Source of the DNA: Escherichia coli
Lineage (GTDB): Bacteria > Pseudomonadota > Gammaproteobacteria > Enterobacterales > Enterobacteriaceae
Assembly: GCF_009931435.1 (NCBI RefSeq)
Contig: NZ_CP043414.1
Reading direction: 5' to 3' (one strand)
Length of the DNA stretch: 64,000 nt
The position numbers and the translations under genes are program-made. This document shows positions 14,763 through 23,906 of this stretch, piece by piece; position 1 is the stretch's first letter, and each line of letters starts with the position of its first letter. The notes beneath the pieces were generated by a model. The model was not told the DNA's origin, did no database searches, and was given only the letters and a program-made list of their open reading frames with translations.

Positions 14763-16289
14763 TTAGAAATAAATCTCACCATCAACCATATATTTGAGAG
14801 CACTTATCGCCTGCTGGGCGGATATTACTTTCATTAAAGGATAGTGTTTAAAAACAATGCCATTCATAAAATAGATATCACAGGTTTTATTATCCGTATT
14901 AATTATGATTTTTTCGAATGTTTTATAGGCAAGTGTACGGCATAACTCTCGTCCATTTTTACTGGTTAAGTCAATAGCATAAAAATCACTGAATGAATTT
15001 ACACCTTTACTCTTCAAAGTTTTCAATGATACCGAAGCCCTTCGTAATTCCTTATCTAATAGTCTTATTTTCTCTGCTATAGCGGTAACTTCAGGCGCGA
15101 CAGACAATGCAACGATTAAATTATTAATTTTCATCTGAAGCTCAATAATTTTTAACTCTAAAGTTTCATTAGCATCTTTCTTGTTTTCAACTGGTTGAAT
15201 TTTGCTACAATTAAAAAGCAATTCATTAATGATATTATAATCAACCAAATCTCTTTTTATTGATGGCCTGTCACATCGATGTAATCTTCTCATCGGACAA
15301 ACATAATAGCCATGCAAACTTCCAGATACCGCATGAACAATCATGGTATTACCACAAGCCTCACACTTCATAACTGTTCGAAGTAGATTTATTAGCATAG
15401 GATTCTTGCTACTATTGCTAATACCAAAAGGTGCCAACCGAATTTCCTGTACAGCGTAAAACAAATCATCTGATATGACTCTGGGATAATAGCCAGCGAT
15501 TTCACTTATCCCTTTCCCTCTTGCACGATATGAAGGTACGCAAATACCTATCAGAGCTTTATTCGCTAATAATTTTTCAATTACAGAAGGTCCCCATGCA
15601 CTTTCTTTTCCTGAGAAATTCTTTACAGCATGATCATTTAAATACTTGGCTATTGCATTCAATGAGCGCCTTTCCATCCTGAGTTTAAAAATTAGCTCAA
15701 TAGTTTTCACCCTGTCTGGGTCTGGAACAAAAGCCGTTCTTTTGTCATCTAAGGAGAGCCATCTCGGATAAGACGCCGTCATAATCGTACCTGATTCCAG
15801 TGCATCCTGCCGTTTTTTCTTCCATGATAATTTAACCCGACTTGACTTTATCTCGCTTTCTTCATTTGCCCTTTGTGCTATAAGTATGGCTTTTATTAAT
15901 GAATATGGCTCATTCAAAGAGTCAATATTATAGACTGTATTGTCGCAAAGAGTTATAACATCAATACCGTGATTCAAAATCAATTTCAGACGTTCAATCG
16001 CTTCACCGACTTTTTCTCTTGAAAGTCTGTCCAGACTTTCAACTAACAATGTAGTTCCTGGCAATATATAACCATGCTCTATAGCATCTAAAAATTCCGA
16101 AAAAGCTCCTGATTGTGCATGCTTTCCTTTGAATGCACTTAATCCTAAATCTTCATATGTTATGGTATCAAGATAATAATCACTATTTACCTTTAACCAT
16201 TCAGCAATAAGTCTTCTCTGTCGGTTTAATGAGTCGCCAGACATCTGACCTGGTGATGAAAATCGCATATATGCTATGGCTTTTTTCAT
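14763..16289 (-). CDS. ybcK: Large serine recombinase (resolvase/invertase N-terminal domain; YbcK-like)
   Basis: 508 aa; N-terminal catalytic serine motif (AIAYMRFSSPGQ); large C-terminal domain with Cys cluster. Confidence 0.85.
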   Translation of the reverse strand: MKKAIAYMRFSSPGQMSGDSLNRQRRLIAEWLKVNSDYYLDTITYEDLGLSAFKGKHAQSGAFSEFLDAIEHGYILPGTTLLVESLDRLSREKVGEAIERLKLILNHGIDVITLCDNTVYNIDSLNEPYSLIKAILIAQRANEESEIKSSRVKLSWKKKRQDALESGTIMTASYPRWLSLDDKRTAFVPDPDRVKTIELIFKLRMERRSLNAIAKYLNDHAVKNFSGKESAWGPSVIEKLLANKALIGICVPSYRARGKGISEIAGYYPRVISDDLFYAVQEIRLAPFGISNSSKNPMLINLLRTVMKCEACGNTMIVHAVSGSLHGYYVCPMRRLHRCDRPSIKRDLVDYNIINELLFNCSKIQPVENKKDANETLELKIIELQMKINNLIVALSVAPEVTAIAEKIRLLDKELRRASVSLKTLKSKGVNSFSDFYAIDLTSKNGRELCRTLAYKTFEKIIINTDNKTCDIYFMNGIVFKHYPLMKVISAQQAISALKYMVDGEIYF

Positions 16290-16543
16290 GGTGACACCTG
16301 CTAACGTATGCTTTTATAAACCTTAGTGGTGGGATATAATTTTTGTTTATTTTTTATTTAAAAAGACAATTAAGGTCACATTATCTTGAATATACAACAA
16401 TAATCGTATTGCAATTTTCTTACGCCATAATCTTGAAAGCACAAAAGAATACATAAAAAATAAAGACATTAACAAAAAGCATAAAACGAGGCTCATATAA
16501 ATATAAGAGCCTCCATATTTTAGTCGTTTAGAAACAAATTATT

Positions 16544-16876
16544 TTAATGTGGTGTGCTTCGTGACAATAAATTAATAATCAACACACCGGCACAAATCAA
16601 CATCATGCCTATAATGGCTGGCAGGTCCAGCCGTTGGCCGAAAAATCCCCATGACAGTAAGCTAATCAGGACAATACCGACTCCTGACCAGATAGCATAA
16701 GCAATCCCTGTAGGAATATAAGCCAGCGTCTGAGCTAATAACCAGAATGATGCACAATAACAAATAATTGTACCAACAGATGGCCATAACCGTGTAAAAC
16801 CTTCTGAAAACTTCATTAAGGTTGTACCAATGACCTCTGCAAGTATTGCACCACCAAGATAAATATAAGGGTTCAT
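16544..16876 (-). CDS. emrE: SMR-family multidrug efflux transporter EmrE
   Basis: 110 aa from MNPYIYLGGAILAEVIGTTLMKFSEGF, matches recalled EmrE. Confidence 0.95.
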   Translation of the reverse strand: MNPYIYLGGAILAEVIGTTLMKFSEGFTRLWPSVGTIICYCASFWLLAQTLAYIPTGIAYAIWSGVGIVLISLLSWGFFGQRLDLPAIIGMMLICAGVLIINLLSRSTPH

Positions 16877-16943
16877 AGCATATTCTTTCCTGTTCAAACT
16901 GGAGAGAATTGTACTACAGTTTGAACTCAACTCACCTGTTTCA

Positions 16944-17246
16944 TCATTGTGTTCCCATTGATGTTCTTTTATATACCCTCAATACCCGTTTCATCGCGGC
17001 ACTCTGGCGACACTCCTTAAAAATCAGATTCGTGCTCACCTTTCCTTCCCATTCTTCTCTGGTAGCGAACCGGTAATACACCGTTCGCCAGACCTTACCA
17101 TCAACGACCAGGATTCCTGCCCGCGCCATTTTAGCCGCAGCCTGATTTATGCTGGTTACGGTTGCGCCTGTTACCGCGGCAACGTCCTGTGCACAGAAGC
17201 TCTTATGCGTCCCCAGGTAATGAATAATTGCCTCTTTGCCCGTCAT
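16944..17246 (-). CDS. ren: Ren protein
   Basis: 100 aa, MTGKEAIIHYLGTH... matches lambda Ren. Confidence 0.85.
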   Translation of the reverse strand: MTGKEAIIHYLGTHKSFCAQDVAAVTGATVTSINQAAAKMARAGILVVDGKVWRTVYYRFATREEWEGKVSTNLIFKECRQSAAMKRVLRVYKRTSMGTQ

Positions 17247-17944
17247 ACACTTGCTCCTTTCAGTCCGAACTTAGCTTTAATTTCTGCGATCTTCGCCAGA
17301 GCCTGTGCACGATTTAGAGGTCTACCGCCCATAACAGGAAGTTGTTTTACTGGTTCAGGTATCGTCTCACCACGGTTAATTCGCGCTGTCATACAGGTCA
17401 GTTCATCGGCAGCCTTGCGCCGTAATTCCGCGTCAGCCAGCGCATTGGCCCGCATGTTCTGGTACAAGTTGGTAACCAACCAGTAATGCGCGTTCGATTT
17501 CCACGGATAAGACTCTGCATCCGGATACAGGCCACGCTTCCGGCAATACTCGTAAACCATATCAACCAGCTCGCTGACGTTTGGCAGCCCGGCGTTAACA
17601 GATGCTTCTTCCCGGCACCAGGCGACAAACTGCCCGGGTGATGGCAGGAATGGTCGATTCTGCCGACGGGCTACGCGCATTCCAGCGTTAACCTGTTCCA
17701 TTGTGGTGATCCCGTTTTCCCGGAAAGCCAGAACCCACTGGCGGCGGATTTCGTTCAGTTCATTCTGGTCACGGTTAGCCAGGCTAGCCGGGAAAGTTGC
17801 CAGTAACTGGCTGAACACACCGTTGATGATCTGCGCTACCTGCTGTACCTGCGGCTTTTCGTCGTACTGTTCCGGCATATTGTTGGCGATCCGGCGCATC
17901 TGCTCACGGTCAAAGTTAACCATCTGTGCGGCGATGTTTTTCAT
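17243..17944 (-). CDS. P: Replication protein P (DnaB helicase loader)
   Basis: 233 aa, lambda P-like. Confidence 0.9.
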   Translation of the reverse strand: MKNIAAQMVNFDREQMRRIANNMPEQYDEKPQVQQVAQIINGVFSQLLATFPASLANRDQNELNEIRRQWVLAFRENGITTMEQVNAGMRVARRQNRPFLPSPGQFVAWCREEASVNAGLPNVSELVDMVYEYCRKRGLYPDAESYPWKSNAHYWLVTNLYQNMRANALADAELRRKAADELTCMTARINRGETIPEPVKQLPVMGGRPLNRAQALAKIAEIKAKFGLKGASV

Positions 17945-18870
17945 AAATCCACCCCGTAAATCCAGTCAGTGTTCGTCAGGTCGAGTTTTGGTTTGCCGGC
18001 TGTCACGCCAGCCTGTTGCTTGTTTCGGTTGATTTCGAGCTGGGTCCACTTGTCGCGGAGTTTGGCCGGACTCAGCACGTTACCGGACCAGAAGTTGTCC
18101 TGGCATGCCCAGCGGAACAGCACGCACATGTCGCGGTGGTTACGTCCGTCACGTTCACGCATCAGGCGGATATCGTTAGCCCACCCTGCAAAATTCGGTT
18201 TTCTGGCTGATGGCGCGATGGTCTTCACCATGTCAAACATCCACTCTGCGGCGGTCAGGTCTTCTGCTGTCCCCCACTTGCTGCCACTCTGAATTGCAGC
18301 ATCCGGTTTCACCACAGGAAGGTCGTTTTCTGGCTGGTCAGAGGATTCGCCAGAATTCTCGGACGAAAAAGGTTTTATATTGTCTTTTGTTAGTTTGTCT
18401 TTTGTGTTTACCTGATTCGGGTAAACGCCTTTACCTGATTTGGGTAAACTTTTCTTACCTGATTCAGGTAAATTTACCTCTTTCAGGTAAACTTTATTTT
18501 TCTTACCTGATTCGGGTAATGTTGACCATTCACTGACCACATTATTAATGCCGATATTTCGCCCGCTCTGAATAAGAATCCCACGCTTTACCAGAACGCT
18601 TTTTGCAGCAGAACACTTGTGCGGCAATATCCCGGTCAATTCGGAAAGTTGCTCGTTGCTCACCCAATCCAGTCTTTTATTAAAGCCATATGTTTTGCGC
18701 ATGACAGCCAGGAAGACCAGAAGCTGGTGCTGTGTTAATCCGGCCAGCATCACAGCTTCCAGCAACTCATTTGCAATGCGCGTATAACCATCATCGAGAT
18801 CTGCCACGCGCGGCTCCTTTTGTGCCGCATCCGGCACTGGAAAATTGAATATCTCAGCAGTGTTTGCCAT
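17941..18870 (-). CDS. O: Replication initiator O (contains ori iterons)
   Basis: Lambda O-like N-terminus; start MANTAEIFNF preceded by GGGAGG SD (track ORF starts earlier at 18960); iterons inside the gene. Confidence 0.85.
   Translation of the reverse strand: MANTAEIFNFPVPDAAQKEPRVADLDDGYTRIANELLEAVMLAGLTQHQLLVFLAVMRKTYGFNKRLDWVSNEQLSELTGILPHKCSAAKSVLVKRGILIQSGRNIGINNVVSEWSTLPESGKKNKVYLKEVNLPESGKKSLPKSGKGVYPNQVNTKDKLTKDNIKPFSSENSGESSDQPENDLPVVKPDAAIQSGSKWGTAEDLTAAEWMFDMVKTIAPSARKPNFAGWANDIRLMRERDGRNHRDMCVLFRWACQDNFWSGNVLSPAKLRDKWTQLEINRNKQQAGVTAGKPKLDLTNTDWIYGVDL
18372..18520. repeat. Origin of replication: five 18-bp iterons (ttacctgattcgggtaaa and variants) plus adjacent AT-rich tract, inside O
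   Basis: Iterons at about 18408-18425, 18431-18448, 18455-18472, 18474-18491, 18503-18520; AT-rich 18372-18406. Confidence 0.85.
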
Positions 18871-18956
18871 AATTCCTCCCGCAATGAGTGTGTTACGATT
18901 TGCACCTGAAAGTCGGTTCTGTTCCCGCAGACCGACTTTCGCCATTTCTGAACCTA

Positions 18957-19496
18957 TCATATTGCCCCCAGCATGGTGGTCACCATCGCCATTAATGGAC
19001 CAGCCAGATCCGGGTCCACACGAAACATCGACACAATACCTTCACTCATTTCCTTCAGTTTCTGGTGGCGTGGTGCGTTGAGAATGACAGCCTGTTTTGC
19101 CTCACTGAGTTCCTTTTCCATTTCAGCCAACCGAGTCATGAAGCTATCCTGCTCAACCAGGTAACCGCGATATTCCAGCGGTAGTACCGCCAGAATTGCC
19201 GGGGTCAGTTCACGCACGTTATTTCGGTATTTTTCAGAATCGAATTTGTTATCGAGGAAGCGGAACAGCTTCTGGCGTGCACGGCTGACATCATCAGGGA
19301 AATCGATGGTGCCGTCGCCCTGCTCCCGATACTCATTCACAATGAGTGCGGCAACGACATCCTGATTATCTACAGCCGACCAGGCGCGGACGGCATCACG
19401 GATTTTTTCGTGGCCTGGAGCTTGTTTTGTTTGAGAACGATTTATCACCGCAGTCGGAATAAATCCGCTAGTCTGTTGGTATGTAAGTGGTTGCAT
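18957..19496 (-). CDS. Early regulatory protein in the cII position (YdaT-like)
   Basis: 179 aa ORF between the cro-like gene and O. Confidence 0.6.
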   Translation of the reverse strand: MQPLTYQQTSGFIPTAVINRSQTKQAPGHEKIRDAVRAWSAVDNQDVVAALIVNEYREQGDGTIDFPDDVSRARQKLFRFLDNKFDSEKYRNNVRELTPAILAVLPLEYRGYLVEQDSFMTRLAEMEKELSEAKQAVILNAPRHQKLKEMSEGIVSMFRVDPDLAGPLMAMVTTMLGAI

Positions 19497-19565
19497 AATT
19501 GACTCCTTTAGTTTGAATTGACTGTTAAGTTGATTGCTTATTGTTAAAGAGCGTGAAATGGAAAT

Positions 19566-19796
19566 TTAAGCTGCGTTCTTTTCGGTGTGTGGAAACAACT
19601 TCGGAAGATCCGGGCGAATCTGGTATGCCTTCACAACTCCACCAGTAGCCGTAACAATGCTGCCGACATGTTCAGGGGATACCTTTGCTTTGTTGTGAAG
19701 CCACTTATAGACGGCCTGCTGTGAAACTTCGCAGGCATCGCCTAGTTTCTTTTGTGAACCAACGATATTGATCGCTGTTTTGATTGCTGGGTTCAT
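19566..19796 (-). CDS. cro: Cro-like HTH regulator (YdaS/Cro family)
   Basis: 76 aa, divergent from the cI gene across the operator region. Confidence 0.7.
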   Translation of the reverse strand: MNPAIKTAINIVGSQKKLGDACEVSQQAVYKWLHNKAKVSPEHVGSIVTATGGVVKAYQIRPDLPKLFPHTEKNAA

Positions 19797-19900
19797 AACA
19801 ACCTCCGTGGTTAATCCGAATCAAGATTAAAACTATGGTTGTTTTTAGTCAACAACCATTTTCGTTTGATGAAATAAAACCTTGGTTGTACATTTGATCT
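19797..19900. promoter_or_regulatory. Immunity-region divergent promoter/operator (OR-like); 9-bp-arm palindrome atggttgtt-N7-aacaaccat at 19835-19859
   Basis: Palindrome and repeated ACAACC/GGTTGT half-sites between divergent cro-like and cI genes. Confidence 0.6.
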
Positions 19901-20590
19901 ATGAAAACAACACTCTCAGAAAGACTTAAAGAAGCCAGATTAGCGCGAGGCCTTACACAAAAGGCGCTTGGGGATTTGGTCGGGGTTAGCCAGGCTGCTA
20001 TTCAGAAAATCGAAACAGGGAAAGCTAACCAAACAACTAAAATCGTGGAGATCGCGAACGCTTTGGGTGTACGCGCAGAATGGTTATCTTCTGGCGTTGG
20101 AAATATGTCAGACAGTACAGTGCAACCAATACAATCAACTGTCAGCCATTCCAAATACTTCAAAATTGACGTTCTTGATATAGAAGTCAGTGCCGGGCCA
20201 GGTGTAATCAACCGTGAGTTTGTAGAAGTTCTACGCTCGGTTGAGTACTCGTTTGACGATGCTCGTCACATGTTCGATGGCAGGAAGGCGGAAAATATCC
20301 GCATCATTAACGTGCGAGGTGACAGCATGTCAGGGACGATCGAACCAGGTGACCTGCTGTTCGTTGATATCACTGTTAAATCTTTCGACGGTGATGGCAT
20401 CTATGCGTTTCTGTACGACGACACTGCCCATGTAAAACGTCTTCAAATGATGAAGGATAAGCTGCTGGTTATCTCTGATAACAAGAGCTACTCGCCGTGG
20501 GACCCGATCGAGAAAGACGAGATGAACCGGGTGTTCATATTCGGTAAGGTCATTGGAAGCATGCCGCAGACGTACAGGAAGCATGGTTAA
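19901..20590 (+). CDS. cI: CI-type prophage repressor (XRE HTH plus S24 LexA-like autopeptidase domain)
   Basis: 229 aa; N-terminal HTH; C-terminal GDSMSGTIEPGDLLFVD peptidase motif. Confidence 0.85.
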   Translation: MKTTLSERLKEARLARGLTQKALGDLVGVSQAAIQKIETGKANQTTKIVEIANALGVRAEWLSSGVGNMSDSTVQPIQSTVSHSKYFKIDVLDIEVSAGPGVINREFVEVLRSVEYSFDDARHMFDGRKAENIRIINVRGDSMSGTIEPGDLLFVDITVKSFDGDGIYAFLYDDTAHVKRLQMMKDKLLVISDNKSYSPWDPIEKDEMNRVFIFGKVIGSMPQTYRKHG

Positions 20591-20819
20591 TTTATCTACG
20601 ACTTAAGGGAGCGAAGGTTAAGGTTTATACCACTCGGATTAGATATTGCACTAAATTCTCTATAAGAACGCCAAATCTGTTTGCATATTTCAGTAAATAT
20701 TCTCGTTGTTAGCTGAGATTTGTTGCTACTGTCAGCAAAATGTCTCCCTATCTCGTAGCGGTTTTTATTTCGAATCATTATGTTAAGATGTTTCTGATTA
20801 TAATGAATGGAAACATAAA

Positions 20820-21200
20820 ATGAGAAAAATCCTAATCGCTGCCATGATGGCATCTGTATTGGCTGGGTGTGCTTCTTCAGGCAACCAGCAACTCAAAAAT
20901 GAAACTGAAATTAGTGTCCAGTCTAAACTTCAGGAAGGTAAAACAACCAAGAATGAGGTTAAATCTTACTTTGGTTCTCCTGATGCTGTTTCATATACTG
21001 ACAGTGGAAAGGAGATCTGGAAGTACGCCTTTGCAAAAGTAAAAGTTAATGGCACCACTTTTATTCCATTCTATGGATTATTCCATAACGGAACGAACGG
21101 TACGAAAAAAGAACTTACTATTCTTTTTAACGATGACACGATTAAGAAATACACAATGTCAGAAACCCAAATAAACTCGAAATCAGGTTGGGCTGACTGA
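20820..21200 (+). CDS. Lipoprotein of unknown function encoded downstream of cI (rexAB position)
   Basis: 126 aa; signal peptide with lipobox LAGC; followed by a terminator. Confidence 0.75.
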   Translation: MRKILIAAMMASVLAGCASSGNQQLKNETEISVQSKLQEGKTTKNEVKSYFGSPDAVSYTDSGKEIWKYAFAKVKVNGTTFIPFYGLFHNGTNGTKKELTILFNDDTIKKYTMSETQINSKSGWAD

Positions 21201-21207
21201 TAATCAT

Positions 21208-21236
21208 ACCCGGCAACCGCGCCGGGTTTTCTTTTC
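21208..21236 (+). terminator. Rho-independent terminator after the cI-lipoprotein unit
   Basis: acccggc / gccgggt stem followed by tttcttttcc. Confidence 0.7.
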
Positions 21237-21350
21237 CTCCCCCTCATAACTCATACCGTCCAAAAAACCACCACACCTCACTTCAGTTATCGCTATGCGA
21301 TGCAAGTCACAAAATAAATCCATCCTAAATACAACCAGTTATATTTAAAA

Positions 21351-21404
21351 CAACCGATAAAACAACTTTTGTTGTTGACGATAAAACAACTATAGTTTTA
21401 AATA
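21351..21404 (+). promoter_or_regulatory. Candidate early-left promoter/operator (pL/OL-like): palindrome aacaac-tttt-gttgtt overlapping a TTGACG -35 element
   Basis: Palindrome 21361-21376; TTGACG at 21375-21380; AT-rich -10 candidates about 17 bp downstream; shares the ACAAC half-site with the OR region. Confidence 0.45.
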
Positions 21405-21596
21405 AATTCATCGCAACGACACAACGATACGGTAACCACCTGTTTCACCGTTGCGATGACCGCTTAGATCCGCAGTTTGAATTTCAGCAGGCTTCGGGGA
21501 GTGCGAGGGGTGAAACGGACGCGTGAACGTCGGTGTGACCAGCTGAAATCAACACAACACTTTATACCTCAGTCGCTTCAACGAGGCGGCTTAGTT

Positions 21597-21887
21597 ATGA
21601 CAACCGGCGGCCATCCACCGCCTGAATACGCGCAGAAGTCTCTATATGTTCAGCAGCCCAGCTTACGGGCAGGAGTTTTTATGGTTCATCAACATTACGG
21701 AACGCAGACCGTTAATCGAGGTGCGGTCATGCCAGGAATGCTGGTCAAACACAAAGATGGTACCTGGACTGCATCAGCTAATTTACGCGGACGGCTTTAT
21801 CTGCATCGCGGCATCGAGCGCACTTATACCCGTGATTTGCTCGTGGAAGTTTTTCTCGACGGACGCGGTAACGGCCTGAATCGCTAA
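21597..21887 (+). CDS. Hypothetical early-left protein (96 aa from ATG with GAGG SD; possible 136-aa form from TTG at 21477)
   Basis: ORF between the pL-like region and gam; the longer form has an arginine-rich N-terminus. Confidence 0.4.
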   Translation: MTTGGHPPPEYAQKSLYVQQPSLRAGVFMVHQHYGTQTVNRGAVMPGMLVKHKDGTWTASANLRGRLYLHRGIERTYTRDLLVEVFLDGRGNGLNR

Positions 21888-21962
21888 TCCCCTTTCCTGT
21901 TTTCCTAATCAGCCTGGCATTTCGCGGGCGATATTTTCACAGCCATTTTCAGGAGTTCAGCC

Positions 21963-22259
21963 ATGAACGCTTATTACATTCAGGATCGTCTTGAGGCTCA
22001 GAGCTGGGCGCGTTACTACCAGCAGATCGCCCGTGAAGAGAAAGAGGCAGAACTGGCAGACGACATGGAAAAAGGCCTGCCCCAGCACCTGTTTGAATCG
22101 CTATGCATCGATCATTTGCAACGCCACGGGGCCAGCAAAAAAGCCATTACCCGTGCGTTTGATGACGATGTTGAGTTTCAGGAGCGCATGGCAGAACACA
22201 TCCGGTACATGGTTGAAACCATTGCTCACCACCAGGTTGATATTGATTCAGAGGTATAA
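21963..22259 (+). CDS. gam: Gam (RecBCD inhibitor), short GamS-length form
   Basis: 98 aa matches the C-terminal 98 residues of lambda Gam; AGGAG SD; in-frame stop upstream at 21906. Confidence 0.9.
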   Translation: MNAYYIQDRLEAQSWARYYQQIAREEKEAELADDMEKGLPQHLFESLCIDHLQRHGASKKAITRAFDDDVEFQERMAEHIRYMVETIAHHQVDIDSEV

Positions 22260-22264
22260 AACGG

Positions 22265-23050
22265 ATGAGTACAGCACTCGCAACGCTGGCAGGGAAGCTG
22301 GCTGAACGTGTCGGCATGGATTCTGTCGACCCACAGGAACTGATCACCACTCTTCGCCAGACGGCATTTAAAGGTGATGCCAGCGATGCGCAGTTCATCG
22401 CATTGCTGATCGTCGCCAACCAGTACGGCCTTAATCCGTGGACGAAAGAAATTTACGCCTTCCCTGATAAGCAGAACGGCATCGTTCCGGTGGTGGGCGT
22501 TGATGGCTGGTCCCGCATCATCAATGAAAACCAGCAGTTTGATGGCATGGACTTTGAGCAGGACAACGAATCCTGTACATGCCGGATTTACCGCAAGGAC
22601 CGTAATCATCCGATCTGCGTTACCGAATGGATGGATGAATGCCGCCGCGAACCATTCAAAACCCGCGAAGGCAGAGAAATCACGGGGCCGTGGCAGTCGC
22701 ATCCCAAACGGATGTTACGGCATAAAGCCATGATTCAGTGTGCCCGTCTGGCCTTCGGATTTGCTGGTATCTATGACAAGGATGAAGCCGAGCGCATTGT
22801 CGAAAATACTGCATACACTGCAGAACGTCAGCCAGAACGCGACATCACTCCGGTTAACGATGAAACCATGCAGGAGATTAACACTCTGCTGATCGCCCTG
22901 GATAAAACATGGGATGACGACTTATTGCCGCTCTGTTCCCAGATATTTCGCCGCGACATTCGCGCATCGTCAGAACTGACACAGGCCGAAGCAGTGAAAG
23001 CTCTTGGATTCCTGAAACAGAAAGCCACTGAGCAGAAGGTGGCAGCATGA
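22265..23050 (+). CDS. bet: Bet (Red-beta single-strand annealing protein)
   Basis: 261 aa, matches lambda Bet. Confidence 0.95.
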   Translation: MSTALATLAGKLAERVGMDSVDPQELITTLRQTAFKGDASDAQFIALLIVANQYGLNPWTKEIYAFPDKQNGIVPVVGVDGWSRIINENQQFDGMDFEQDNESCTCRIYRKDRNHPICVTEWMDECRREPFKTREGREITGPWQSHPKRMLRHKAMIQCARLAFGFAGIYDKDEAERIVENTAYTAERQPERDITPVNDETMQEINTLLIALDKTWDDDLLPLCSQIFRRDIRASSELTQAEAVKALGFLKQKATEQKVAA

Positions 23051-23727
23051 TACCGGACATTATCCTGCAGCGTACCGGGATCGACGTGAGAGCTGTCGAA
23101 CAGGGGGATGATGCATGGCACAAATTACGGCTCGGCGTCATCACCGCTTCAGAAGTTCACAACGTGATAGCAAAGCCCCGCTCAGGAAAGAAGTGGCCTG
23201 ACATGAAAATGTCCTACTTCCACACCCTGCTGGCTGAGGTTTGCACCGGTGTGGCTCCGGAAGTTAATGCTAAGGCGCTGGCCTGGGGAAAACAGTACGA
23301 GAACGACGCCAGAACCCTGTTTGAATTCACTTCCGGCGTGAATATTACTGAATCCCCGATCATCTATCGCGACGAAAGTATGCGCACCGCCTGCTCTCCC
23401 GATGGTTTATGCAGTGACGGCAACGGCCTTGAACTGAAATGCCCGTTTACCTCCCGGGATTTCATGAAATTCCGGCTCGGTGGTTTCGAGGCAATAAAAT
23501 CGGCTTACATGGCCCAGGTGCAGTACAGCATGTGGGTGACGCGAAAAGATGCCTGGTACTTTGCCAACTATGACCCGCGCATGAAGCGTGAAGGCCTGCA
23601 TTATGTCGTGATTGAGCGGAATGAAAAGTACATGGCGAGTTTTGACGAGATGGTGCCGGAGTTCATCGAAAAAATGGACGAGGCACTGGCTGAAATTGGT
23701 TTTGTATTTGGGGAGCAATGGCGATGA
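23047..23727 (+). CDS. exo: Exo (lambda exonuclease)
   Basis: 226 aa, near-identical to lambda Exo; full length. Confidence 0.95.
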   Translation: MIPDIILQRTGIDVRAVEQGDDAWHKLRLGVITASEVHNVIAKPRSGKKWPDMKMSYFHTLLAEVCTGVAPEVNAKALAWGKQYENDARTLFEFTSGVNITESPIIYRDESMRTACSPDGLCSDGNGLELKCPFTSRDFMKFRLGGFEAIKSAYMAQVQYSMWVTRKDAWYFANYDPRMKREGLHYVVIERNEKYMASFDEMVPEFIEKMDEALAEIGFVFGEQWR

Positions 23728-23906
23728 CGCATCCTCACGATAATATCCGGGTAGGCGCGATCACTTTCGTCTACTCCGTTACAAAGCGAGGCTGGGTATT
23801 TCCCGGCCTTTCTGTTATCAGAAATCCACTGAAAGCACAGCGGCTGGCTGAGAAGATAAATAATAAACGGGAGGCGGTATGCACAAAGCATCTCCTGTTG
23901 AGTTAA
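23718..23906 (+). CDS. Lambda orf60a-like small protein
   Basis: 62 aa, matches recalled lambda orf60a. Confidence 0.6.
   Translation: MAMTHPHDNIRVGAITFVYSVTKRGWVFPGLSVIRNPLKAQRLAEKINNKREAVCTKHLLLS

Noticed and set aside
18408-18520. Short direct repeats considered as a CRISPR-like or satellite repeat
   Set aside because: They lie inside the O gene with matching peptide repeats and an adjacent AT-rich tract, so they are replication-origin iterons
20596-20853. 85-aa minus-strand ORF between cI and the lipoprotein gene
   Set aside because: Lies in an AT-rich promoter region, no SD, overlaps the lipoprotein start
21477-21596. TTG-initiated N-terminal extension with arginine-rich motif as a definite N antiterminator
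   Set aside because: No SD before the TTG and no recognisable boxA/boxB; kept only as a hypothesis in the findings
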